Source: Acinetobacter phage vB_AbaSI_3. Taken from it: a stretch of 64,000 nt of DNA. Shown piece by piece: positions 16,578-26,658 of this stretch. The stretch lies in the sequence record PQ382034.1. One strand, given 5' to 3'. The first letter of the stretch is position 1. Each line of letters begins with the position of its first letter. The notes beneath the pieces are model-generated. The model made no database searches. It saw only the letters and a list, made by a program, of their open reading frames with translations, and was not told the origin of the DNA. Both the position numbers and the translations under genes were made by a program.

Positions 16578-17183
16578 ATGGAGATCGTTGTGATTAATTC
16601 TTACTTTGATCCAGTTCCTTATGCTGCAAAAACAGTTAACATCAATGCTCCAGAAAGATTGATGACTAACATATTCAAAAATTATACTGCGTTTTTTAAA
16701 AATGTTGCATCAAAATACAATCTTATAACATATTATATCCAAGGTGCACCAAGACCTGAAGCATTGTCATATGAGCTCTATAACAACACACAATTTTATT
16801 GGGCTCTAACAATGGCAAATGATTGCTATGATCCTTATCATGATTGGATCAAATCACAAGAAGCATGCTATGAATCAGTTGCACAAATATACGATCGACC
16901 TGAAGAAGTAATAGTTTACCATATTGATGCCAGAGGCGAACGATATTACAATCTTATTCAATACGATGACGAGCCTGGTGTTTGGTACGACAAGGGCGAT
17001 AAAAACAGAAAATATCCGCAATTTAAAGGTGCTTTAGCAGCGGTCAATGCATATGAAGATGCATTAATGGAAAATGAAAAGAAGCGTGAAATTAAAATTA
17101 TTTCACCTACTGATATTGACAACTTTGTTGCAGATTTGATTAAAGAAATGGAGAAGAGCTTAAATGAGACTACAATCAGATGA
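16578..17183 (+). CDS. 53: baseplate wedge subunit (gp53)
   Basis: position directly upstream of and overlapping gene 5; 201 aa; late promoter TATAAATA at 16546-16553. Confidence 0.65.
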   Translation: MEIVVINSYFDPVPYAAKTVNINAPERLMTNIFKNYTAFFKNVASKYNLITYYIQGAPRPEALSYELYNNTQFYWALTMANDCYDPYHDWIKSQEACYESVAQIYDRPEEVIVYHIDARGERYYNLIQYDDEPGVWYDKGDKNRKYPQFKGALAAVNAYEDALMENEKKREIKIISPTDIDNFVADLIKEMEKSLNETTIR

Positions 17184-18948
17184 TGTTAAATGGTGGGTAG
17201 GAGTCGTTGAAGATCGTCTTGACCCATTGCAACAAGGACGTGTCAGAGTACGTGTTGTAGGCGTTCATCCATTTTCAAGGATTCAAGGCGAGTTTTCAGG
17301 GTTGCCAGTCGAAGATTTACCTTGGATGAGTGTACTTTTGCCTGTAACTACTCCAGCAGTAGCAGGTGTATCTGGTGCGGTCACTGGACTCTTGCCTGGT
17401 TCTGGAGTATTTGGTATTTGGCTTGACAAATATAAAACAAATGGGCTTGTTCTAGGTTCATATTCAGGTAATCAAGTTAATATTCCAAATTCTGAAGAGG
17501 GATTCAGTGATCCATCAGGTCAATATCCCGATTATGCTGGGCCTGATAGTTCTGCGCTTAATGCCGGTGGTGCCTATGGGGATGCTGCAGGCGCCAATGC
17601 TAGTCAAAATGCCAACTCATCTACAGGTTTATGGCCTGGAGGAGCAGATATTTCTGGTCCAGACGATTCGCCAAATTTTACTATCGAGAAAATGCTTAGA
17701 GGCGATGAAGGTGTTAAGAACACCGTGTATTGGGATCATTTAGGCTACCCTACTGTAGGAATTGGCCACTTGATTTTATATCGTAAAACACGTGATATGG
17801 GGCTTATCCTTAAAAAGTTATCTAGTGACCTTGGACACTCGGTTGGTGCCACTATTTCACAAGCCGATATCTCTAAATTGTTTGTTTCTGATTTAGGCAA
17901 GACACAAGCTGAAATCAAAAAGAATCGTATTACAGGTCCAGTCTATGCTAAATGCAACCGTTCTAGACAAATGGCACTAGAAAATATGGCCTTTCAAATG
18001 GGAACTGGTGGTCTGGCCAAGTTTAAAAAGTCTTTAGCATTAATGGCAGAAGAAAAATGGGATGAGGCTGCAAAACAGCTTAAAAATTCTTTATGGGCTA
18101 GACAAACTCCAGGCAGAGCTAATCGTGTTTGTATGGTGATTAAGAACGGTAATCTAGGAGCTTATGGTGTTATACCTAGAAAACCACAACCGAATAGTAA
18201 ATCTTTATCTGCTGCTCAGCCACTAAGCATGGGTTTTATGGATAACAATTTTGACCCATATGACAAGTCAGATACAGAAATTTATCCTAATTATGACACT
18301 ACTGAGACTAAGGATGGCATTGATGAAGATCTTAGTGTCCCGTATGTTAGAGAACCGTCAGCCACATTATTTGTAGAGCCAAATAGTTCATATCAAGGAA
18401 ATTATCCTTATGTGCAGGCTCTAACTACTGAAGGCGGTCATTCACAAGAATTTGACAACACTCCTGGGCAAGAGCGTTATCGTATTCGTCATCCATCAGG
18501 CTCATATGTCGAGGTGGCTCCAGATGGAAGAAAGACTGACAAATGCACTGGTGATTTGTACCATTTAACTGAGGGAGACAGAAATGAATTAACTTCTGGC
18601 GAACGCAGAGTTAATGTCGGTGGCAACGAGACATATATCAATTTTGCTGATGTGGTACGCCAAATTGAAGGATCAAACAGCACTAAAATTGCAGCTGATA
18701 ATACTATCGAAGTAGCAGGCAATGAGACGAGAAAAATAACTGGCGATGGCACTATAGAAGTTTCTGGCAATTTAAAAATCATAGTTGCAGCAGATGCTTC
18801 TATTGAAGTTGGTGGCAATGCAAATCTTAAAGTGTCAGGGAATCTAACTTCTAATATTAGTGGAAATTATAATATGACTGTAGGTGGCACATATACTATC
18901 AATTCAGGTACAGTTAATTGGAATGCACCACGTTACAATATGGTATAA
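17164..18948 (+). CDS. 5: baseplate hub subunit and tail lysozyme (gp5)
   Basis: N-terminal OB domain; T4-lysozyme-like domain (DEGVKNTVYWDHLGYPTVGIGHL with catalytic E/D/T present); C-terminal VxGNxxx beta-helix repeats. Confidence 0.9.
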   Translation: MRLQSDDVKWWVGVVEDRLDPLQQGRVRVRVVGVHPFSRIQGEFSGLPVEDLPWMSVLLPVTTPAVAGVSGAVTGLLPGSGVFGIWLDKYKTNGLVLGSYSGNQVNIPNSEEGFSDPSGQYPDYAGPDSSALNAGGAYGDAAGANASQNANSSTGLWPGGADISGPDDSPNFTIEKMLRGDEGVKNTVYWDHLGYPTVGIGHLILYRKTRDMGLILKKLSSDLGHSVGATISQADISKLFVSDLGKTQAEIKKNRITGPVYAKCNRSRQMALENMAFQMGTGGLAKFKKSLALMAEEKWDEAAKQLKNSLWARQTPGRANRVCMVIKNGNLGAYGVIPRKPQPNSKSLSAAQPLSMGFMDNNFDPYDKSDTEIYPNYDTTETKDGIDEDLSVPYVREPSATLFVEPNSSYQGNYPYVQALTTEGGHSQEFDNTPGQERYRIRHPSGSYVEVAPDGRKTDKCTGDLYHLTEGDRNELTSGERRVNVGGNETYINFADVVRQIEGSNSTKIAADNTIEVAGNETRKITGDGTIEVSGNLKIIVAADASIEVGGNANLKVSGNLTSNISGNYNMTVGGTYTINSGTVNWNAPRYNMV

Positions 18949-18951
18949 CTT

Positions 18952-19410
18952 ATGGCAAAGATAGTTCCAGCAAGTACTAAATTATCTACAATTATGGAAG
19001 GTGATAACGTTAGTTTCACCTTCTCAGCCGAATTGGCTGCAACAGAAAAATTGGTTAGTTTAAAAATTATACAACACGACTTCCCGTCTTATATTTCTAT
19101 TAATGGCGCAACATTTTCAGGAAAATTTACAAATTTATTCAAACTTCCGCTGAATTCATTAAAATATCGTAAAGGCCTAGAATATGGACAGGCAACAACT
19201 TTCGCTGAGTTACCGCCTAAAGGAACTGCTGACATATATTCGTTTACCACTCCTAATGTTATGTTGAAAGATTTTAATTTAACAGTTCAATTAACGTACA
19301 CCGAAGAAGCAAACCCTACAACCGAATTAAATATAACTATTAGTTATATTCAGCCCGTACAAGGAAATTGGGACACATTTAAACATCAATTTTTAGACTA
19401 TGTGAGATAA
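18952..19410 (+). CDS. hypothetical protein in the gene 5.1 position
   Basis: synteny between genes 5 and 5.4. Confidence 0.4.
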   Translation: MAKIVPASTKLSTIMEGDNVSFTFSAELAATEKLVSLKIIQHDFPSYISINGATFSGKFTNLFKLPLNSLKYRKGLEYGQATTFAELPPKGTADIYSFTTPNVMLKDFNLTVQLTYTEEANPTTELNITISYIQPVQGNWDTFKHQFLDYVR

Positions 19411-19411
19411 T

Positions 19412-19687
19412 ATGGCATCTTTATCATTTGACAAGGCCATGACTACTGGTCACGGGCCATATCCACCTACACAAATAAATTCATCACAATCTAAATTCTT
19501 TGTAGAAAATAAAGCTGCATTAGTAACAGGCGATCTTGCCAATAATCATGGGCATAGTCCTGTTGGTGCATGTATAGCATCTTCAACAAAATTTTTCATT
19601 GGTGGTAAGGCTGCAGTTCAGATAGGTGATCCACTTACAGATGGGGATACCGTTGCACAAGGCAGTTCAAAATTTTTCATAAATTAA
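19412..19687 (+). CDS. 5.4: PAAR-repeat spike tip protein (gp5.4)
   Basis: 91 aa with repeated KFF(I/V)..K.A..GD motifs typical of a PAAR domain; position after gene 5. Confidence 0.7.
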   Translation: MASLSFDKAMTTGHGPYPPTQINSSQSKFFVENKAALVTGDLANNHGHSPVGACIASSTKFFIGGKAAVQIGDPLTDGDTVAQGSSKFFIN

Positions 19688-19696
19688 GAGGCATCT

Positions 19697-21646
19697 ATGG
19701 CAGATTTACCAAATTATACTCATGGGCAACTTCAACGAACAGTTAATGCTATTCCAGATGTTTTTGTTGGTGCCACATTCCAAGAAATAAAAAATTCTTT
19801 AATTAACTGGCTCGCTGGTCAAAAAGAATTCAAAGATTATGATTTTAGCGGGTCACGCATTAATGTATTATTAGATTTATTAGCATACAATACGTTATAT
19901 ATTCAACAATTCTCTAATACTGCAATATATGAATCATTTTTAAGAACCGCTAATTTAAGAAGTTCTATTGTTCAAGCCGCTCAAGATAATTCGTACTTAC
20001 CTAGTGGCATGACCGCTGCTGAAAATACCATTCAGCTACGTGTTTCTAACCCGACTAAACCAAATAAAATTACAATTCCACGCGGAACAAAATTTCTTGC
20101 TTATGCACGTGAAACTTCAGCTGATCCATATCCATTTGTTGTTACAGAAGATGTAGTAGCAGTTAAGGATTATCAAAATGAGTATTGGCCTATTGTTCGA
20201 TTAGCACAAGGGCGAATTGTTAGAACTGAATTATTATTTAACAGAAATGAACCGATTATCATACGAGACGAATTCATTGATCGCAATCATATCCAAGTCT
20301 TTGTAGATGGAGCAAGATGGACTAACTGGACTCATAAATCTATGGTCAATGCCGGTTCAACATCTACGATTTATTATGTTCGTGAGACAATCGATGGCTT
20401 CACTGAAATTTATTTTGGTGAAGGTGAATTATCAGTTTCAACAACCAATGGTGCTTTAGAAGCAAATTATATCGGTGGGCTTAAGCCTACACAAAATGCA
20501 TCAATTGCCATTGAATACATTCGTACTGATGGTGCAAAAGCAAATGGTGCAAAAGACTTCACATATGCCGATACTTTGCAATATATCACAATTGATGAAG
20601 TGATTGAAAACTTCAATAACGACCCGGATTATGTAGGTGCTGATGGCGGCGGTGATCCCGAAGATAAAGAGCGTATTCGTGAGATGGCCGCGGTTAAGCG
20701 TGAAGCTCAAATGCGGTGTGTTACCGCATCGGATTATGACTCATTTGTGTCTGAAAGATTTGGTTCTATTGTTCAAGCTGTTCAAACATTTACCGATTCA
20801 GATAAACCTGGCTATGCCTTTATTGCAATTAAACCAAAATCTGGATTGTACTTGACGGCTGTCCAACGCGAAGATATCCAAACTTATTTGAAAGAATATA
20901 ATTTAGCGCCTATTACGCCTTCAGTCATTTCACCTAACTACTTGTTTATAAAGCACAATATTCGTGTTACATATGCCATTAACAAGTTGCAAGAATCTGA
21001 GCAATGGCTTGAATCACAAATTCTTGATCAAATCGATAGATACTATATCGAAGATGTCGAATTGTTTAACAAATCCTTTGCTAAATCTAAAATGTTGACC
21101 TTTATTGATAATGCCGATCATTCTATTGTGGGTTCATCAGCTTCAATTCAACTGGTTCGTGAAATTCAAAACTTTTATGTTACACCAGAATCTGGGATTA
21201 AATACTATAACACTGTTAAACCTAGATCAATTGAATCTAATGAATTCCCATTTCTCCCTGGAAATGATTCAGACGCATATAATGTTAAAATTGTTTCTAC
21301 TGATGCAGATGCAAATAATAAAGGCAGTATTTTAATAGGACCGTTTGTGCCTGGTGATATTCCTTCTCATATTGCACCGTATACTAATGATGATTTTACA
21401 CGTGAAGTTATCGGAGCACAACGAGTTTATTACAAAATAGGTGAAGCCAATTACACAACAGATTATGTGTATTGGAATATGGGAGCGTTAGATGTAACAT
21501 CTGATAAGTTTGAGGTACAACAAATTGAACTTTATTCAGATCCAACTACGGATAATATTTTCACACGTGATGGATCATTGATTGTATTTGAAAATGACTT
21601 ACGCCCACAATACACAAAAATTACATTAGAGGCAATCACACAATGA
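19697..21646 (+). CDS. 6: baseplate wedge subunit gp6
   Basis: size (649 aa) and synteny. Confidence 0.85.
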   Translation: MADLPNYTHGQLQRTVNAIPDVFVGATFQEIKNSLINWLAGQKEFKDYDFSGSRINVLLDLLAYNTLYIQQFSNTAIYESFLRTANLRSSIVQAAQDNSYLPSGMTAAENTIQLRVSNPTKPNKITIPRGTKFLAYARETSADPYPFVVTEDVVAVKDYQNEYWPIVRLAQGRIVRTELLFNRNEPIIIRDEFIDRNHIQVFVDGARWTNWTHKSMVNAGSTSTIYYVRETIDGFTEIYFGEGELSVSTTNGALEANYIGGLKPTQNASIAIEYIRTDGAKANGAKDFTYADTLQYITIDEVIENFNNDPDYVGADGGGDPEDKERIREMAAVKREAQMRCVTASDYDSFVSERFGSIVQAVQTFTDSDKPGYAFIAIKPKSGLYLTAVQREDIQTYLKEYNLAPITPSVISPNYLFIKHNIRVTYAINKLQESEQWLESQILDQIDRYYIEDVELFNKSFAKSKMLTFIDNADHSIVGSSASIQLVREIQNFYVTPESGIKYYNTVKPRSIESNEFPFLPGNDSDAYNVKIVSTDADANNKGSILIGPFVPGDIPSHIAPYTNDDFTREVIGAQRVYYKIGEANYTTDYVYWNMGALDVTSDKFEVQQIELYSDPTTDNIFTRDGSLIVFENDLRPQYTKITLEAITQ

Positions 21647-24600
21647 CAGTAAAAGCGCCTATTATTACAAGTTTAACCATAGCTAAGCTTTCTGCTAATG
21701 CTGTACAATTGACTTGGGATGATGTAGGTGAGAACTTTTATTACTTAGTAGAGCTAACTGAAATTAGAGAGGACGATCAACCACGTTGGACTCCTCTCGG
21801 CTACACTGCAGACAATAGATGGTTCTCATCAGAATTAACAGCTTCATCATTTTATAAAATTCGTGTTGCAGTAGCATCAGAAGGCTTCGAGCAATCTGAT
21901 TGGGTAGAAACTGAACAATTCCAGACATTTGAGCAAAACGCGTATACGTTTGAATTGATGAATGAGTTAACACTCAACAAAAAATTCATTGATGAAAAAT
22001 TCATCAAAGGCAACAACTCATATGTTAATTTTAGCACAGACGTTATTCATGCTGCGTTGACTAATGAAACATTTACATATTCTGATGCATACACTGACAT
22101 CTCACAGATTCGCCCTTTCATTATAAAGGAAAATGAATACCATGAGATTCAAGGCGACATAACTTCAATTTGTCGTGACTTGGATCGTATGTACTTGATG
22201 GAAGATGAAGGTGTATTATACTTATTCGAACGGTGGCAAAATCTTGTTAAGGTTTCAAATGATAAAGGGCAAAACTGGCAAGCCGTAGGCTTGATGAATG
22301 ATCGTGTAGGTTGGCCTTTGTCTAAAACCGTTTTCTATCAAAATTCAACAACTAACTTTGTGTTAGGATGGGATTACCTATTCTACGGCAGAAAATCTAC
22401 TGATACACGTTGGTCATCAGACACGGTTAGATTTTCCAATGATGACATCACCTTTGCTAAAATTGGTGACACACTTAACTTAGGATTTGATGTCAATATT
22501 TTTGGTAATTATGCAATGCTTCCTGGGGATGTGGCTAAAATTGGCGAAGCTATTACATGCAATGAAGATTATATCTACATTGTTGCTCGCGATAAAGTTA
22601 GATTCATTAAAGCAAAAAATCCACCAGTTGATAATACTCCTGGGTCTCCTACTGAAGGCCAAAAAATATTTGAAACCGCGTTCCATAACATTACTGGCAA
22701 TAACAAAGCAGTTACATGGAAAATGGACTCAGTTGGAGGACAAGTATTTGCTTTAGTCATTGGAGAAGTGGCTAATTATGGCGATGACCCACGCAAGGTG
22801 CCTATTCTCGATTCAGAGTCTAAAGGAGTCTGGATGCTTAAAGACCATGATGCTGGTACATGGGTGCGTGTATTTGGTAACACAGAAGAAGAGCGTCGCC
22901 GCATTGAAGTTGGCTATACAAATATGTCATGTGATGAAAAGGAAATATTCATTTCATCTAGCAACTATAAAGTCATTGAATCCGACATTGTGGATGACCC
23001 GGACACAGTTGCTAAATATCCAGATCAAGTTAATGCTGCCGTAAAAAATCTTTATGAACCACAATGGATTCATGATAAACATTTAATGATGATGTCATTT
23101 AGGGCTAATGGTGAAGATGGCTGGGACAAATGGGCACCTGGACGCATGCGTTATTATGCTGAGCCATATTTTAGCAAATGCACTAATTCTGGCACAAGAT
23201 GTTGGGTAAACAACTCTAACAAAGTTGTGATGGTTTATTCTGATGTACAGCATGAGTACGCTATTGATCCATATCCTGTTACATCTCCTAGTAGATATAT
23301 GGAAGAAGTTTGGAATACTGGTGATTGTACAGTGATTTTCCCTAATATTGAATTTAACAACTTCACTCAGTACTCTAATGGGATAATTTTCTTCAAACAG
23401 TCAGGCGAGTTGATTGGATACTTTGAATTTAACTATCGTGTTAAAGATAACGTTCGTGTAGTGTGGAAGCCATCAAATACCTTCCTTAAAGCATTTATGC
23501 AGAACCAGACCAGAGAAGATCCATGGACTCCTGATGATGCAGGCGGCTATAATAACCCTGACTTAAGACCATTCTTAACTAGAATGATTCCAGATAGCTA
23601 TTTGTTAGAGAATTCAACATTTGAAAAGTTCTGCGAATATTACATTCAATATATTTCAGATGGTTATGGAACACCTTATAATAATTTGGTTAACCTAATT
23701 CGCGACAAATATCCTAAAGAGAAACATTCGTGGGAGTACATGTGGTCAGAAATTTATAAACGTAACATTTATTTGAATAAAGATAAGCGTGATCTTGTAG
23801 CTAGATTCTTTGAGACACGCAAAAATGATTTCTACTCTACTAAAGGTATCGAGGCGTCATATAAGTTCTTATTCAAAGTGCTCTATAATGAGGATGTTGA
23901 GATCGATATTGAATCACTCAATGGGCTTGAGTATGACATCATTGTGGAATCAGACAACATCACTGAAGATTTAGCCGGTAGAACAGTTTACACTGCAACC
24001 GGTCGTTCAAATGTTACATATATTGAGCGCCATTACACTAAAGGTAAGCTTCAATGGAAATTGACAATCCATAATTTGCTTGGGAGATTTATTGCCGGCC
24101 AAGAGATTAAATCGGAACGAACTAATTTTGAAGGCATGATTGTACAAGGTGTACGTGGCAAAGATATGACATCTAACACTATTGAATACATCAATAGAGG
24201 AAGAGCATACTATGTTATGAAAATTAAATCTGCATTGCCATCGTCTCGATATCGTGATGACGTGTTACGATTTGTACATCCGGTGGGTTTTGGCTTCATT
24301 GGTATCACATTGATCACAATGTTTATTAATTCTGGATTGAGTATGAAGCATACTGAAACAGTAATAAATAAATTAAAAGTGTATAGATGGGATTCTGGTA
24401 TTCCAACAATGTGGCCGGATAGAATTGCTAAATTAGGACCTAATGGCAAGATTGATAGAGACCCTGTTACAGGTGAACCTATCTATTTAGATCACCATAA
24501 TAAAGGCAAAGAATATGAATTGTCCGATGCAGAAAAAACACAATATCTTAAAGATAATCCAGGTACATTCTATGGATTTAATGCATTAGAATTGCGTCGT

Positions 24601-24735
24601 CCTATGAGTCCACTATTTGATCAATCTGCAGTAACATTCGCTAGATTCAGGAATCTTGTAGATGAGCGCCTTAAAGACGATATTGGAAATCCTCGAGATC
24701 CATCGAACCCAACACAGGTACAAATAAATGAATGA
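21643..24735 (+). CDS. 7: baseplate wedge subunit gp7
   Basis: size (1030 aa) and synteny. Confidence 0.85.
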   Translation: MTVKAPIITSLTIAKLSANAVQLTWDDVGENFYYLVELTEIREDDQPRWTPLGYTADNRWFSSELTASSFYKIRVAVASEGFEQSDWVETEQFQTFEQNAYTFELMNELTLNKKFIDEKFIKGNNSYVNFSTDVIHAALTNETFTYSDAYTDISQIRPFIIKENEYHEIQGDITSICRDLDRMYLMEDEGVLYLFERWQNLVKVSNDKGQNWQAVGLMNDRVGWPLSKTVFYQNSTTNFVLGWDYLFYGRKSTDTRWSSDTVRFSNDDITFAKIGDTLNLGFDVNIFGNYAMLPGDVAKIGEAITCNEDYIYIVARDKVRFIKAKNPPVDNTPGSPTEGQKIFETAFHNITGNNKAVTWKMDSVGGQVFALVIGEVANYGDDPRKVPILDSESKGVWMLKDHDAGTWVRVFGNTEEERRRIEVGYTNMSCDEKEIFISSSNYKVIESDIVDDPDTVAKYPDQVNAAVKNLYEPQWIHDKHLMMMSFRANGEDGWDKWAPGRMRYYAEPYFSKCTNSGTRCWVNNSNKVVMVYSDVQHEYAIDPYPVTSPSRYMEEVWNTGDCTVIFPNIEFNNFTQYSNGIIFFKQSGELIGYFEFNYRVKDNVRVVWKPSNTFLKAFMQNQTREDPWTPDDAGGYNNPDLRPFLTRMIPDSYLLENSTFEKFCEYYIQYISDGYGTPYNNLVNLIRDKYPKEKHSWEYMWSEIYKRNIYLNKDKRDLVARFFETRKNDFYSTKGIEASYKFLFKVLYNEDVEIDIESLNGLEYDIIVESDNITEDLAGRTVYTATGRSNVTYIERHYTKGKLQWKLTIHNLLGRFIAGQEIKSERTNFEGMIVQGVRGKDMTSNTIEYINRGRAYYVMKIKSALPSSRYRDDVLRFVHPVGFGFIGITLITMFINSGLSMKHTETVINKLKVYRWDSGIPTMWPDRIAKLGPNGKIDRDPVTGEPIYLDHHNKGKEYELSDAEKTQYLKDNPGTFYGFNALELRRPMSPLFDQSAVTFARFRNLVDERLKDDIGNPRDPSNPTQVQINE

Positions 24736-25732
24736 TAGTTCAATGGTATATCGTGCGATAATCACATCAAAATTTCGCACTGAAAAAATGCTAAATTTTT
24801 ATAAGTCTATTGGAGACGGCCCAAATGATAACACTATCTATTTGACATTCGGGCGAGATACACCATGGTCGCCATCAGAAAATGAACCCGGCTTCGCGCC
24901 ACCGTATCCTGTAGATAATCCTGCAGGCGTTACTGATGTATGGACAAATATTCTCGGTGCGGTAAAGGTACAACAATCATATCTTGATGCAGTTGTACCA
25001 CGTAAAGATTGGGGTGACAGACGTTACCCTAACCCTTTAACATTTCACATTGGCGATATTGTTGTAACAAATACTATGCCAAACAACAGAGCACCATCTG
25101 CCGAAGGTTGGATGGTCTACAAAGTAGTCGATGTGCCTGAAGATGGTACATGTTCTATTAGCTCAATAACTGAAAAAATGGAATGTTTAAAACTTGGTGG
25201 CAAATGGACGTCTGGTGTTGAAAGTTTCTTCCCGCCTACAGGCCGTGGAGATACTGAAGGCATGGTAGATACTGGCGATGGATACAAATGGGAATATTTG
25301 TACGAAATCCCACCTGATGTGTCTATCAATAGATGTACGAATGAATATATTGTTGTGCCATGGCCAGATGAAATTGCAGCAGACCCTAAACGCTGGGGAT
25401 ACCAAAATAATTTGACTTGGCAACAAGATGATTACGGGCTGCTTTTTAGAATTAAAGCTGTTATTATGAGATTTAAAGCATATCTTGATTCGGTCTACTT
25501 CCCTGAAGCATCCGTTCTTGGTAACAAAGGGTTCAGACAAATCTCAATGATTATGAATCCATTAGAAGCTAAATCTGATCCAACACAACCTAACAAGAAA
25601 GCCATTGCAAATTATTATGGCAAAAATGGATTAAATAGGCACTCTGGTGAAATGGTCTATATCGAAAATCGACAGCCGATTATTAGAGCACTCGATCAGA
25701 CGGAGGAAGTTTCCATATTTTTCGAATTCTAA
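24728..25732 (+). CDS. 8: baseplate wedge subunit gp8
   Basis: size (334 aa, same as T4) and synteny. Confidence 0.8.
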   Translation: MNDSSMVYRAIITSKFRTEKMLNFYKSIGDGPNDNTIYLTFGRDTPWSPSENEPGFAPPYPVDNPAGVTDVWTNILGAVKVQQSYLDAVVPRKDWGDRRYPNPLTFHIGDIVVTNTMPNNRAPSAEGWMVYKVVDVPEDGTCSISSITEKMECLKLGGKWTSGVESFFPPTGRGDTEGMVDTGDGYKWEYLYEIPPDVSINRCTNEYIVVPWPDEIAADPKRWGYQNNLTWQQDDYGLLFRIKAVIMRFKAYLDSVYFPEASVLGNKGFRQISMIMNPLEAKSDPTQPNKKAIANYYGKNGLNRHSGEMVYIENRQPIIRALDQTEEVSIFFEF

Positions 25733-25737
25733 CAACA

Positions 25738-25770
25738 GGGACCTTTAGGTCCCAATGTTGTATAAATATT
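25738..25770 (+). promoter_or_regulatory. hairpin gggacctttaggtccc followed by late promoter TATAAATA (25761-25768)
   Basis: exact TATAAATA 23 nt upstream of the gp9 ATG. Confidence 0.55.
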
Positions 25771-25791
25771 AAAATTATAAGAGGATTACGT

Positions 25792-26658
25792 ATGTTCATA
25801 CAACAACCAAAGATGGAAATCGATGTCGGCGAAATTGGCAATGCATCTACTGGTGATATTCTTTTTGATGGTGGTGAGAAGATCAATAGCAATTTCACTG
25901 CAATTTATAATCAGTTTGGTGATCAACGGATGTATAATGCTAATACTCAAGTAGGCAACCAAACGATACATGCTACTGGCTATTATCAAAAAGTTTCAGG
26001 CATAGACCTCCGTTCAGCAGTAACTCTAGGTTCCATGTGGGATATTGATACTAATCCTACAGGTGGAGCTAATCCAATTTTGCCTAAAGGCAAACCTGGC
26101 GAATGCGTAAAATTCATCAACTCGAATGGTAGTTGCTCAGTCAATCAGCCTATTGATATTCAAGTTATTGATGGTTCGTTTGTAGGCATTCAAGGTGGAT
26201 TGAAAATTACTCAGCCGTATTGCATGGTCGATTGTTGGTGTATAGCAGTTAATAACAATATTGCTATTTGGAACTATTCTATTAAATCAATGTTTGGTTC
26301 ATTTGAGACTCCAGTAGAGGTCACAAAATCTGTACCTGCAAACACGCCTACGGAGATTCCTATTGCGCACTTTAGTGAATATAACTCATTAAAACTACTT
26401 ATTACCGCTCAAACTCAAAATGGTGAGATTTCTCGCCAATCAGAAGTAAATATCTTAATTGACAGATATTTAAAAAATGTCCATCATACAGAGTTTGGTG
26501 TTATCCGAATCGGTAACAAATCTGAAGAAGATGAGATTGTAGATATTAAATACAATATATCTAGTGCTGGTGTACTGACATGCACAGTATCTACAAAGAT
26601 TAATAATATGAGAGTTGCAATCAAAAGTATAGCTACACAAAGACTTGGATCAGCATAA
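25792..26658 (+). CDS. 9: baseplate wedge / long tail fibre socket gp9
   Basis: size (288 aa, same as T4) and synteny. Confidence 0.8.
   Translation: MFIQQPKMEIDVGEIGNASTGDILFDGGEKINSNFTAIYNQFGDQRMYNANTQVGNQTIHATGYYQKVSGIDLRSAVTLGSMWDIDTNPTGGANPILPKGKPGECVKFINSNGSCSVNQPIDIQVIDGSFVGIQGGLKITQPYCMVDCWCIAVNNNIAIWNYSIKSMFGSFETPVEVTKSVPANTPTEIPIAHFSEYNSLKLLITAQTQNGEISRQSEVNILIDRYLKNVHHTEFGVIRIGNKSEEDEIVDIKYNISSAGVLTCTVSTKINNMRVAIKSIATQRLGSA

Noticed and set aside
18489-18818. Antisense ORFs inside large structural genes (e.g. 18489..18818, 31208..31732, 47507..47953, 58102..58476, 36884..37138)
   Set aside because: They lie fully within well-supported conserved CDSs on the opposite strand and have low-complexity Ser/Thr/Ala-rich composition typical of antisense frames.
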